This document shows, in pieces, positions 23,604 to 33,255 of a stretch of 39,041 nucleotides of DNA. The position numbers were made by a program, and so were the translations under genes. Each line of letters begins with the position of its first letter. The stretch's first letter is position 1. The notes beneath the pieces were generated by a model, which saw only the letters and a list, made by a program, of their open reading frames with translations, made no database searches and had not been told where the DNA came from. Where the stretch lies: IMG/VR virus record IMGVR_UViG_3300024581_002769, positions 1-39,041 of that record. One strand, 5' to 3'. This stretch comes from a virus.

Positions 23604-23633
23604 TTTCTTTTATTTTAAACAAAAATACAAAAA

Positions 23634-26600
23634 TTAATTATATTTAGTGCGAATAGAAAAACTATTTTTTTGATTATGCATTTTTTTAACAGTTTTTGGG
23701 TATTTTCCATTAGATTGAACATATAGATTTTTGCCATCATTGAAATACGTCGGCTGTGTGTTTTTTGACATTGCCCTATCTACAGCGTTATATATTTGTT
23801 CCTCTGTTATAGCATTATCAATATTTATAGTAGGAGCGATTAATCTGTTTAATATCATACTATTTAACAAATTATCGTCTAAAACATCATTATTAATATC
23901 ATTTAGTATACTATCATATTTTTGGCTTGACTTTCGATTTATAATCCATTCGCCCCCTTCCGCTTCTGCTATCTTTGTATTTGTGCCTTTAGCAACAATA
24001 GGAACACCTCCATCTTTATGCAAAGCTCCATTTAAACGACCCCCATCTCCAAACTCAGGTACTGCCTTACTTAATATCAAAGCACTTTGTAGTGCTCCAA
24101 ACGCCAATGCAATACCTGCTGGTGCTATTCCAAAAGGAACACCTAGGCGTGCTATAGTTTGAGTTGCACCTAAAGCACCGTTAATTAATGCTTGCTGTGC
24201 ATCGGCTTTTTGTTGTGCCTTGAATTGTCTTATTTTAGTTTGTTTTTCCTTTTGCTCTTTCTGTGCTTCAAAAACCTCTATTTGAGCCTCTAAAGCCTCC
24301 TTTTCTTCTGCACTTAGGTTTTCAGCTTGTAATTGTCTTTCTATGGCTTCTATTTTTAAATCGGTATCCTCTTGGAATGCCTCGTTTTCTCTTTCTAAAG
24401 ATTCTATGCGATCATCAGCTTGCTTTTCAAACATCTGACTAGCAAATGTACCCACTACTGCAAAGCCTGCTAACAGTTTGTCGGTAAAGCTAGCTTGCTC
24501 GTTTAAAATCGTATCAAATAGATTAGTAAACTGATTTGCTACTGCATCCAATCCTAAATCAGATAAACCCTCTGCGATAATATCTTTGTAGACGTTTAAA
24601 CGTTCAAGTTCTTTTTTCTGATTGTCGCCCTCTATATCTACATTGGGAGTACTTGTGTTTTCAATTCCTGTGTTTAGCGTATCATCTAATCGGTTTTCTA
24701 TCTCTTTTGCCGTTTCTTTGGACTTTTCCAAAACATCTTTTAGAAGCGCTACTCCGTAAAACTCGCTGGCTTCATTAAGTAGTTTATTGATCTTTTCAAG
24801 TTCCTTGCGCTCATCTTGTAAGAGTTTAATCTTTTCTTTTTGCGCATCGTTTGATGACCTGTTAGACGTTTTAGTTTGTTTTCCTGAACTTGTTTTGCTT
24901 GTTTCAGTATTACCGCCTGTTTTTCCACTTGGATTTGGTTTTTCTTCAACCTCTGGCGCTAAAGCAACTAATGCGCCTACAAAATCGCCTTTTGATATGG
25001 CTAGTCTTGAAGCTAGTAATCGGTTTCCAAATTCAATGGTATCATTAAACTGATTCATTGAATCAATAAGAGGGATGTTACCATTCGTTAAATCTCCGTT
25101 TAAATCAATTGTTTTTTTAATAAATCCATTTAATACCTCTATTTTACTCTTAGTATTTTCAATTTCTTTACTGACATCCTTTTGAGAGCGAACCCAACCC
25201 TCTGATGTATCAAAACCTGCTCTTAAAACGTTATCATACGCTTTTACAATAGTTGTAGCATCCTGATACGAAACACCTAATGCTGTAAGTGATCCAACGG
25301 CTTGTTTAAAAGTCTTGTCTCCATCTATAAATAAATCTATTATCTGTTTTTGTTCTTTATTTAGTGTATTTAAAAATTCGCTATTTTCAAACGTTACTTC
25401 TGCTATATTTTTAAGTCTTGTAGCCTGTTCAGAATAAAGCTCGTTTAATTCATCTTCAAATTTCAATAAAGCCAACTTTTGAGCATACTGCTCGTTTACC
25501 TTTTTTAAATTTTCATTTATAGCCTCATAAGACAAATTCTCTTTGTCTAGTCCGTTTAACAAATTAGGGTTTAAGGCGTTTATTTCCTTGATTAATTCAA
25601 TACGCTTATTGTTGTTGTCAAGATTATTTTTAAGTTCTAAGGCTAAATTGTTTAATGATTTTTGTTGTTTTTCTATTGGCTCAACTTTATTCATTTCGGT
25701 GAGCCAATTAAAAGTAAGCGTTTTTAAATCAAAGAAATCCTGTGCTAAAGAGGATAAGGTGACTTCTCCACTTTCAATAGATTTTACAAAATTAGTAAAG
25801 GCGTTTTCACTTCTAGATATTGAAGCATTAAGTGTTTCCACTCTATCTATCGTATCTAAATTATATGCTTTTTCAAGTGCAACAGCAAATTTAGGTAGGG
25901 TATCTTCTGCTAATACTTCTCCCTTTTCTAGCATTTTATTAAGTTCAGATGTGGTAACACCCAGTCCATCTGCAAATATACTAAAGGCACTTGGTATTCT
26001 CTCTCCTAACTGCCCTCTTAATTCTTCCGCCTGAACCGTACCCTTTGACATCATTTGTTCGAGCGCACGTAATGCGCCCTCTGTTTGTTCGGTAGTTAAA
26101 CCCATTACCGCACTCGCCTTAGTAACCGAATCAAATATCTTACGTGCCTTTTCGCCCTCTACCAATGTTCCTTTTACACTAGCTGAAAACGATTTATAAC
26201 TTTTAGTAAGGTTAATCACTTCCAGTCCGTAGTCCTCTGAAATCTTTGTTAAAAATTCTTGTTCTTTGGCTACTTGTTGTTCCGTTTCAAATACAGCCAA
26301 TAACGAATTATTTAAACTATCGAGTTCTCGTGTGGTATCAAATGCACTTTCTCCAATTCTTATAACAGTATCTACAAACCCAACAATTCCTGCCGCCGCT
26401 AAACCTGCACTTGCAACACCTTTTAAAGCACTGCCATAATTACCAACATTTCTTTGAAAATTTCCAATAGGTTTTTGTATTTTATCTACTTCTCCTCTTA
26501 ATCTTTTTACATCAGCTAACAATCTTTGCGTGTTTTTAGAAGCGAAACCCTCTTTTATTGCCATATCTTGGTACGCCTTTGTAACACGTAATAATTCAGC

Positions 26601-26990
26601 TTCTAACTTTTTAAATTCTCTGTTAGCTTCTTGAGTTCTCTTTTTTTGTGTAGCCGTTGATTTAGCTAATTTATTTTGCCTATCAATTGCCCTATCCCTT
26701 TCCCTGTTGTTTGTTGCTTGCGTTCTTGCTAAAACATTTAATGTACGTTGTTCTTGGGTTCTTAATTTCTCAACCTCAAAAAGCTTCTTAGCTAACTTAG
26801 TTTGCAGCTCTACACTTTCTTTTTGTGCTTTATTATAATCGGCTAAATTACCGCTCTTAAATGAACTATTAACATCCTTTGCTTGTTTTTCTACCATTTC
26901 CAAAGAATCCAATAAGCTAAGTACATTCTTTTCTAGTGTACTTATATTTTCAATAGCCTGTTGGGTTTTAATATCTAATTCATTTGCCAT
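23634..26990 (-). CDS. Tail tape measure protein (1118 aa)
   Basis: Size, coiled-coil-rich sequence, Gly/Ala-rich hydrophobic segments, position after the chaperone-like ORFs. Confidence 0.9.
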   Translation of the reverse strand: MANELDIKTQQAIENISTLEKNVLSLLDSLEMVEKQAKDVNSSFKSGNLADYNKAQKESVELQTKLAKKLFEVEKLRTQEQRTLNVLARTQATNNRERDRAIDRQNKLAKSTATQKKRTQEANREFKKLEAELLRVTKAYQDMAIKEGFASKNTQRLLADVKRLRGEVDKIQKPIGNFQRNVGNYGSALKGVASAGLAAAGIVGFVDTVIRIGESAFDTTRELDSLNNSLLAVFETEQQVAKEQEFLTKISEDYGLEVINLTKSYKSFSASVKGTLVEGEKARKIFDSVTKASAVMGLTTEQTEGALRALEQMMSKGTVQAEELRGQLGERIPSAFSIFADGLGVTTSELNKMLEKGEVLAEDTLPKFAVALEKAYNLDTIDRVETLNASISRSENAFTNFVKSIESGEVTLSSLAQDFFDLKTLTFNWLTEMNKVEPIEKQQKSLNNLALELKNNLDNNNKRIELIKEINALNPNLLNGLDKENLSYEAINENLKKVNEQYAQKLALLKFEDELNELYSEQATRLKNIAEVTFENSEFLNTLNKEQKQIIDLFIDGDKTFKQAVGSLTALGVSYQDATTIVKAYDNVLRAGFDTSEGWVRSQKDVSKEIENTKSKIEVLNGFIKKTIDLNGDLTNGNIPLIDSMNQFNDTIEFGNRLLASRLAISKGDFVGALVALAPEVEEKPNPSGKTGGNTETSKTSSGKQTKTSNRSSNDAQKEKIKLLQDERKELEKINKLLNEASEFYGVALLKDVLEKSKETAKEIENRLDDTLNTGIENTSTPNVDIEGDNQKKELERLNVYKDIIAEGLSDLGLDAVANQFTNLFDTILNEQASFTDKLLAGFAVVGTFASQMFEKQADDRIESLERENEAFQEDTDLKIEAIERQLQAENLSAEEKEALEAQIEVFEAQKEQKEKQTKIRQFKAQQKADAQQALINGALGATQTIARLGVPFGIAPAGIALAFGALQSALILSKAVPEFGDGGRLNGALHKDGGVPIVAKGTNTKIAEAEGGEWIINRKSSQKYDSILNDINNDVLDDNLLNSMILNRLIAPTINIDNAITEEQIYNAVDRAMSKNTQPTYFNDGKNLYVQSNGKYPKTVKKMHNQKNSFSIRTKYN

Positions 26991-27696
26991 TTTTACGCCT
27001 TTTTAATTGTTGTTCCTTTATAGCTTTAATCCTTTCAGTTGCTTTTTTTATGTATACTATATACTGAGATAATGTAGTGTTCATGTTAATTTGTATAGCT
27101 GGCTCAAATGCAAGCCCTGTACTAATTATATGTTCGTCTACACTTATACTTTTATTTTCTTTTTTACCGTCTTCTAATAATCCTATATTTTTATTTATTT
27201 TGTTGTCTAATGATTTTATTTTTTTTTCAATTTCTTTTATTTGATCTTCTTTTTTTGCTTTAATAGCTATTCGTTTCGATCTAAAAAAATTATTAAACCT
27301 ATCTTTTACCTCTTTAGATATAAACATTGTCATAGTGGATTGATAAAGTATTAAATATGAAGTTATTATTTTCTTTTCATTATCATACTGCATAACCTTA
27401 CCCATACGGCTTATATTAACCGTGTAATCATCAAATATTTGTTCTTGATAATCTTGTTTAATTTGCAAAAAAATAGCTTCCAAATCAGCATTTACTTTTA
27501 AAACACCTCCTTGATAGCCTTTAATTAAGAAATTATAATTGTTAGTACGTTCTATATTCGAGTATTGCTCTAAAGTAGTATCATGTATGCTCGTACTCCA
27601 GAATATTTGTCCAGTCGCTCCACTCATTGAGTTCTGCAACTTGGTTAGGTGTATAGCCCTGTTCAACTTTCCGTACTTGTAAATCGTTGTTCTCAT
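26980..27696 (-). CDS. Tail-module protein, 238 aa (start uncertain; overlaps the 27581-27799 ORF)
   Basis: ORF with ATG start; 11-nt overlap with the TMP start. Confidence 0.55.
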   Translation of the reverse strand: MRTTIYKYGKLNRAIHLTKLQNSMSGATGQIFWSTSIHDTTLEQYSNIERTNNYNFLIKGYQGGVLKVNADLEAIFLQIKQDYQEQIFDDYTVNISRMGKVMQYDNEKKIITSYLILYQSTMTMFISKEVKDRFNNFFRSKRIAIKAKKEDQIKEIEKKIKSLDNKINKNIGLLEDGKKENKSISVDEHIISTGLAFEPAIQINMNTTLSQYIVYIKKATERIKAIKEQQLKRRKNGK

Positions 27697-27799
27697 TTAC
27701 GTAAAATATTATAAATTCATTTGTTTTTTTTGACCTCTTTTTATAATCGTTTATTCTTGCCCTTATACTTTTTTTAAAACTTTTATTACATTGACACAT
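27581..27799 (-). CDS. Small basic protein, 72 aa
   Basis: ATG overlaps the upstream stop (TAATG). Confidence 0.45.
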   Translation of the reverse strand: MCQCNKSFKKSIRARINDYKKRSKKTNEFIIFYVNENNDLQVRKVEQGYTPNQVAELNEWSDWTNILEYEHT

Positions 27800-28251
27800 T
27801 ACACTTTTATTATTTTCTCAATTTCTTTAAATACTAATTTAGACAACTCTTTTTTATATGTATTCCATTGGTCCTCAGTCATACCTAAAGCCCAATATTC
27901 TGGAACTCTGTTAAATATAAACTTAGTTTTTTCATTGTTTAATCTTTGGAAAAAATCTACTTCATTTTCTGTTATTTTTAAATCAATATTATTAATAAAC
28001 TCCCTTGTAAGCGTTAAATCCCAATACCCTCTGTTTTTAGGGTTTATACTTGTTTTGAAATTAGCGTACTCAGGATCACGATACGAGGGCATATTAAATC
28101 CCTCGCTCGTTTCTCCTTTTGATAGATTATCAATATTTATTTGAATAATGTCTTTTTTATCCTTTTTTAATATCGTTACTACTATCTTTGGAAGCTCCTT
28201 TTTCGCTTTCCTTATGTTTTTTAACAGATTTTTTACTGAATCTACTGGCAT
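27799..28251 (-). CDS. Tail assembly chaperone T-like frame, 150 aa
   Basis: Overlaps the 79-aa ORF by 95 nt in the +1 frame. Position after the major tail gene. Confidence 0.5.
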   Translation of the reverse strand: MPVDSVKNLLKNIRKAKKELPKIVVTILKKDKKDIIQINIDNLSKGETSEGFNMPSYRDPEYANFKTSINPKNRGYWDLTLTREFINNIDLKITENEVDFFQRLNNEKTKFIFNRVPEYWALGMTEDQWNTYKKELSKLVFKEIEKIIKV

Positions 28252-28396
28252 TTATATTCTGTTTTTTTAACAATAGCTCTATACTATTTTTGTTTAACCT
28301 AGTTTTTGGGTCTAAAAAATTTACTAAATCTTCTAAACTATTGAAATTTTCTAGATTAAAACTATAATTAATGCCGTCTAACTTTATTTTTACCAT
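28157..28396 (-). CDS. Tail assembly chaperone G-like protein, 79 aa
   Basis: Small ORF directly after the major tail protein. An A6 run lies two codons before its stop. Confidence 0.5.
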   Translation of the reverse strand: MVKIKLDGINYSFNLENFNSLEDLVNFLDPKTRLNKNSIELLLKKQNINASRFSKKSVKKHKESEKGASKDSSNDIKKG

Positions 28397-28398
28397 AA

Positions 28399-29286
28399 TT
28401 AAGATATTGTAAATTCAACTTCTCCAGCATAAAATGACTCGTCAATACCTACAACTTTATCAGTTCCGTTATTTATTTCTAATACATAATCACCTGCTGT
28501 TAACGCCGGAACTGTTAATGTATAGGTTTTACTTGCTGGGTCTTCTGATACTGCTGTAATAGTTATTTCAGTTCCATTTTGGAATAATTTTAAAGTTGTT
28601 TCATCTAATAATGAAATAAAATTATCATTACATTGCCCCGTTACAACTACTTTTATTTCAGTATCTCCAACAATTGGAAGAGGATTAAATGTAAATCCTA
28701 CTCCTTCAATAGCATCAATATTTGAATAGTCGAAATCATCACCGTCAACTAAAACCTTGTCCGTTCTCCATGATGCATTTGAAGGTACTTCTAATTCAAT
28801 GTGAATAGTTGTACCATAACCCTCAGATGTCACTAAGTTTTGATATTGATCAGTGTAAACATAACAATCGAACCCAGTCCAGGTATCATCATTTCTTTTT
28901 GCCCATCCTGTTATTTGACCTTGTTTGTTTTCCCAAGCAACACCCCACTCACGAGAACCGTCTAACTTGCTCCACTCATTATCTCTGCATGGTGTTGTAT
29001 CAAATGATACTGACCATCCCTTAATACCATCCGATCTTTTTGTCGCTGTACCTTGCGAACTTCTTACAATAGATGCTTCTTGATCTTCGTGTGAAATTTC
29101 TTGCCATGTCAAACCACCTATGATATTGCCCGCTTTTATTTCGTCTTGTAAATCTGTTAATGTGGCATCAAAAGGAATGTATGTACCTCTTCTAATTAGC
29201 CAAAGTCTAACATCTTGTTCCGTAGGGCAAATTGCACCTCCTAATCTTGGATCGCTTTTACCGCAACCGCCTAAAACTTTACTCAT
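28399..29286 (-). CDS. Major tail (tube) protein with C-terminal Ig-like domain
   Basis: Position upstream of chaperones/TMP. C-terminal about 90 aa has a beta-sandwich-like pattern (TEIKVVVTG...TYTLTVPALTAGDYVLEI). Confidence 0.6.
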   Translation of the reverse strand: MSKVLGGCGKSDPRLGGAICPTEQDVRLWLIRRGTYIPFDATLTDLQDEIKAGNIIGGLTWQEISHEDQEASIVRSSQGTATKRSDGIKGWSVSFDTTPCRDNEWSKLDGSREWGVAWENKQGQITGWAKRNDDTWTGFDCYVYTDQYQNLVTSEGYGTTIHIELEVPSNASWRTDKVLVDGDDFDYSNIDAIEGVGFTFNPLPIVGDTEIKVVVTGQCNDNFISLLDETTLKLFQNGTEITITAVSEDPASKTYTLTVPALTAGDYVLEINNGTDKVVGIDESFYAGEVEFTIS

Positions 29287-29858
29287 TTTATTCTGTATTT
29301 TTTTTCGTTAATATTACACTTGTTAAATTCTTCAAAACAATCAGGATGGAATCTTAAACTAATTGGGAAAATAGTAGCATCCCAAACAGTATTAATTGTA
29401 CTTAATTCTTCTTTTGAAAGATCAAAGTTATTCGTGTCATTAAATGGATAGTCACTAGCTAATGAATAAGGGTTGTTTGATTCATAAATAATCTTAACCC
29501 CCTTATCTTTATTCATGACCTCCATAAACGCCTCTATAATAGGATATATTATGTTCTCATACTTGTCCTCAAATCTCTTATAATACAAATCAGTCTTTGA
29601 CCCATCTACCAATATTAAAAACTCTAAATTTACATCTATACGAGTAACACCCCTTTGTAAAGGTATTGGCGTTTGAAAATCGTGTTTTAACCATAGAAAA
29701 GGGTACTTACTTTGCTTCTTGCTAATTATCTTAACAAGTTCTTTTAAGTCACCTTCTCCATAGTTCACAATTTTATTGCTCAAGTGTTTATAATTGATTT
29801 CTATTCTATCTTTTAAAATAGACCTTAAAACCTTATGTACATTGAAAACTTTACTCAT
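29283..29858 (-). CDS. Head-tail joining / tail terminator candidate, 191 aa
   Basis: Position only. Confidence 0.4.
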   Translation of the reverse strand: MSKVFNVHKVLRSILKDRIEINYKHLSNKIVNYGEGDLKELVKIISKKQSKYPFLWLKHDFQTPIPLQRGVTRIDVNLEFLILVDGSKTDLYYKRFEDKYENIIYPIIEAFMEVMNKDKGVKIIYESNNPYSLASDYPFNDTNNFDLSKEELSTINTVWDATIFPISLRFHPDCFEEFNKCNINEKKYRIK

Positions 29859-30598
29859 TATAAACCAAATGAATTTTTATATTTTAATCCTGAATCAAAC
29901 AAATAGGTGTTTCTTAATAATGGATATGTATTTTCATCAATATTATTCATATCGTATAAAAAAGTAAGTAAGCTAACCTCACCGCTATAATTATTATACT
30001 CAATTGTATTATAATTTAAACCGTATCCGTTGTTTAACCTATTTCTAACTATACTAAATGGTAAAGAATAACCACAACTATGATAATGATATTTTTTTAA
30101 GTCATAACCACCTTGAAAACAGTCTAAAAATCTATTATAAGCTGAACTGGTTTTATGAGAAATACTATGTGCTGTAGATACCTTTCCAACATTTTTAACT
30201 TCTCCCATATCAGAAGTATGCGTTACGTTATTTTGCCAATAAATATAATATACATAGTCAGCTATTAAACTATCCTTACATAGTTCTTTATCAATTAACC
30301 CTTTCCAACTCCTAGAATATTCATCGCCTTTTGAATCAAGTACTGTATAATCTTTTCCATAAACAATATCTTTGTAATTGTCGGGAGCATTTGATAATAA
30401 GCCCCCGACACCTACATATTGTTTAAAGTCTTTATACATATCCAATCCAAATGCCCTCATTAATATTTCTCGCTCTCCTATTTGTATAAAGTGATTAATG
30501 TCGTCTTGAACACGATCTAACTCGGTTTCGTGTGAGTTAGGTATATATCTATCACTAAAATTAAAATAAGTAGTATCTATTAATGATTTTATAGGCAT
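29858..30598 (-). CDS. Head-tail connector/completion candidate, 246 aa
   Basis: Position only. Confidence 0.4.
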   Translation of the reverse strand: MPIKSLIDTTYFNFSDRYIPNSHETELDRVQDDINHFIQIGEREILMRAFGLDMYKDFKQYVGVGGLLSNAPDNYKDIVYGKDYTVLDSKGDEYSRSWKGLIDKELCKDSLIADYVYYIYWQNNVTHTSDMGEVKNVGKVSTAHSISHKTSSAYNRFLDCFQGGYDLKKYHYHSCGYSLPFSIVRNRLNNGYGLNYNTIEYNNYSGEVSLLTFLYDMNNIDENTYPLLRNTYLFDSGLKYKNSFGL

Positions 30599-30616
30599 TT
30601 TTTAATTGTTTTAAAT

Positions 30617-30880
30617 TTAAACTTCCTCGAACTTAAACCCTTTTTTAGTAAAAGACTCTATGTTTCTTTTCCTTGTATACAAAACTTTACCAACTTGTAT
30701 AAATTTTGAATCTTTAGGTGCTGAAACACATTTAACCTCTACTCTTGAATTTAATTTAGTTACTATTTCCTTTACTTTTTCAACCGTTTCATTTTCGTTT
30801 AACGGCTGAATATTAGAACTAATAACCTCGTCTTTGTCATAAGACTTTTTCCCTCCTTTTTTCTTTACTGTTTCTTTCAT
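30617..30880 (-). CDS. Small head-associated protein, 87 aa
   Basis: Position directly after the capsid gene. Confidence 0.4.
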   Translation of the reverse strand: MKETVKKKGGKKSYDKDEVISSNIQPLNENETVEKVKEIVTKLNSRVEVKCVSAPKDSKFIQVGKVLYTRKRNIESFTKKGFKFEEV

Positions 30881-30890
30881 ATCTTTTTTT

Positions 30891-32291
30891 TTAAGGTGTT
30901 ACTACTGGACCATCTGATAATGCTTGTTGAATAACCGCTATATCATCAAATACGATATTTTTACGATCTAAAACGCTCATTCCTTGCATATGTCTACCTT
31001 CGGCTACGATTGTGAATTGGTTGTAAATAAATTGATCGTTAACTAATCCAAATCGAACACTATACGGCTGATACTCCCAAACATTATATTTTTTAAGATC
31101 ACCAACTAAAATCTTTCCTTCTGGGATTGCCAGATCAGTTACAATTGAAATTCCCATACGTTGTAACATATCGAACATAGCTAATGTTTGCGAATTGTTT
31201 TCTCCGTCCTTCTTCATCATAAATAAGTATCCGTAATCCAATGGATTCATACCTACAAAATTTACATTCTTAGATGTGGCTCCAAAGTCGTAATTAGTAG
31301 CTGTTTCAATTTGAACTAGCATAGCGGTAATCACATCTAAAATACTTGGGTCTTGAACTGCAATTTTAACTGTGTTAACATCGAATGGTGTCGCTTGAAT
31401 GAAGATACCGTCCTCTAAATCATTAGCTGAATCATAGTTTAAAATCGCATCTTGACGTTTTAAAGCAAATTCCTGAACTAACAAATTAAATACAACGTTT
31501 TCTAAACGTGGTAAATCTTGCCAAATTTCCTCTGTAAACATCATGTGTTTAGCAATCTTTAACGAACCAATTTTGGAAGTCGATAAAGTAATATCTTGAG
31601 TAGGTTTTAGTTCTCCTTCTTTTACGATCTCAAATCCTAAAGGGGTAACTGGCAAGTATTCCGTCCATCTTAACGCAGGAATTGAAGTTCTTGATAGATT
31701 AATGTATGGAAAAATAAAAGTATCACGTAACTCAATACCTCTTATCATAGAGCTATCTAATACATTAAAGAACTGGTCAAATGCAAAATCATAACGCTCT
31801 TGTGGAGTTAAACCTGCTTGATCTCCGTTTGGATCAAAAATATTAGTATCTGTTAATCCGTTGGTTAAATTTGGATTATCCGTTGATACTGTTTCGTAAT
31901 ACAAGTTCAAACCTTTTGCAATTGAATTAAAATCGATATTAAATTCTAAATTGTTTCTACTTCCTGACTTAACTTGATCGCCAATCTGTTTTAATGACTT
32001 TAAAACCTCTTTAGATCGCATTACAGCAGAACTAAATGTTTTTAATGTAATTGTTTCACGTGGGAATTGTTTAGCAATAGATTTGTTTTCATCTGAAAGA
32101 TGTTTAAATCCATCATTAAGCATTTTTTCAACGTCATCCTTTTTTACTTGATCTTTGATAATATTTTGAACATTATCGTATACCTCTTTAATAGCTTCTT
32201 TATTATCAGCTATATTCTTTACTAATGGTTCGCTGTGTTGTTTTACTGTTTCTTTAACAACCTCCGCAACCTCTTTTGTTACATCACTCAT
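30891..32291 (-). CDS. Major capsid protein (HK97-type arrangement, N-terminal coiled-coil delta-like region)
   Basis: Portal-protease-capsid gene order. N-terminal about 90 aa is Lys/Glu-rich helical. Size 466 aa. Confidence 0.7.
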   Translation of the reverse strand: MSDVTKEVAEVVKETVKQHSEPLVKNIADNKEAIKEVYDNVQNIIKDQVKKDDVEKMLNDGFKHLSDENKSIAKQFPRETITLKTFSSAVMRSKEVLKSLKQIGDQVKSGSRNNLEFNIDFNSIAKGLNLYYETVSTDNPNLTNGLTDTNIFDPNGDQAGLTPQERYDFAFDQFFNVLDSSMIRGIELRDTFIFPYINLSRTSIPALRWTEYLPVTPLGFEIVKEGELKPTQDITLSTSKIGSLKIAKHMMFTEEIWQDLPRLENVVFNLLVQEFALKRQDAILNYDSANDLEDGIFIQATPFDVNTVKIAVQDPSILDVITAMLVQIETATNYDFGATSKNVNFVGMNPLDYGYLFMMKKDGENNSQTLAMFDMLQRMGISIVTDLAIPEGKILVGDLKKYNVWEYQPYSVRFGLVNDQFIYNQFTIVAEGRHMQGMSVLDRKNIVFDDIAVIQQALSDGPVVTP

Positions 32292-32293
32292 TT

Positions 32294-33136
32294 TTACTGT
32301 TTTAATAAATTTCTTAATAATTCTTTATCTATTGTTAGAGTGTCAATAGACGGCTCTATGGTTGTTTTACCAGTGATTTGCATCGGCTGGTTATTTTTCA
32401 TGTTTTCAAATTGCTCTTTTGAAAGTGCAGGAGTATATGAATTACTGCCGTTTAGAACGGTTGAGCCTTCTTGACTAATTGCTTGTTCGTAAATAGCGAA
32501 GTAATATCCTTGCTCCTCCACTTGTTCCTTGTTTAATATTTTATCTATATGCTTGTCGTATATCGCTTTCTCTTCTTTATCATCAACATGGTCGCTGTTT
32601 AAAGCTAATTTTACATTTATATACCTTAGTCTTATGCTGTGTTCTGTAATTCCTTCTTTGTAAGCTAATAAAGCCTTTTCGTTAGTCATTTGGCTTATTT
32701 TAGATTCAAACACTAATAATTCAGTATTTAAATCACTTTCATAACCTAATGATTTGAAATTAGAATTTAATAAATGTAGGTTAACGTCTTTAGCTGGTGC
32801 TACAGTTGTCATTATACCTAAACTATGATCTATAGCATGAGTAACTTTACCTTGTTGTTCTGATACTGTTTTTTTCCAAGAGCCATCTAAACTAACATCA
32901 TCGTGTGAATCCATTACATTAGTAGAGTTCATCACAGCATATATATAGCTTCCTATTGTATAATCTTGTTCAGCACTCTTTATAGCGCCTGATTTATTAA
33001 TTATTCTTAATTCAAATTTTTTATTTTTAGGCTGTTCTTTCTTTTCAGCTATTAAACGATCTTTATTAGCCTTAAGGTCTTTAAACATTTCTGCCTTATC
33101 TTTAAAATTCTTATTTAGTGCTTTACAATAAATCAT
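32294..33136 (-). CDS. Prohead protease (HK97 / S78-U35 type)
   Basis: STNVMDSHDDVSLDGSW....THAIDHS resembles the S78 D-x-H-G-D...G-W...H-D pattern. Position between portal and capsid. Confidence 0.65.
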   Translation of the reverse strand: MIYCKALNKNFKDKAEMFKDLKANKDRLIAEKKEQPKNKKFELRIINKSGAIKSAEQDYTIGSYIYAVMNSTNVMDSHDDVSLDGSWKKTVSEQQGKVTHAIDHSLGIMTTVAPAKDVNLHLLNSNFKSLGYESDLNTELLVFESKISQMTNEKALLAYKEGITEHSIRLRYINVKLALNSDHVDDKEEKAIYDKHIDKILNKEQVEEQGYYFAIYEQAISQEGSTVLNGSNSYTPALSKEQFENMKNNQPMQITGKTTIEPSIDTLTIDKELLRNLLKQ

Positions 33137-33255
33137 TTTAATACATCTTTATTAAACTTCTTTTTCTTAATAGAATTTGATAATTTTTCTTTATCAATAT
33201 TTTTACTATTAACTTTTTTTATTTTCTCCTCTATTTCACTTCTTAATGTTTTCAT
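33133..33255 (-). CDS. Small basic protein (40 aa), translationally coupled on both sides
   Basis: Hand translation MKTLRSEIEEKIKKVNSKNIDKEKLSNSIKKKKFNKDVLK*. ATGA overlaps with the portal stop and the protease start. Confidence 0.5.
   Translation of the reverse strand: MKTLRSEIEEKIKKVNSKNIDKEKLSNSIKKKKFNKDVLK

Noticed and set aside
24749-24949. 66-aa minus-strand ORF inside the tape measure gene in another frame.
   Set aside because: It is embedded in the 1118-aa TMP ORF, is highly basic and low-complexity, and has no start context.
27581-27696. Programmed frameshift joining the 72-aa and 238-aa ORFs upstream of the TMP gene.
   Set aside because: The frames overlap by at least 47 nt, but I found no homopolymer run or slippery heptamer in the overlap. 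It is retained only as a note under the G/T finding.
28162-28168. A-AAA-AAG heptamer as a dnaX-like -1 frameshift site in the 150-aa ORF.
   Set aside because: A -1 slip there enters the 79-aa frame only two codons before its TAA, giving a roughly 30-aa product with no obvious purpose. The +1 or A-deletion model from the other frame explains the overlap better.
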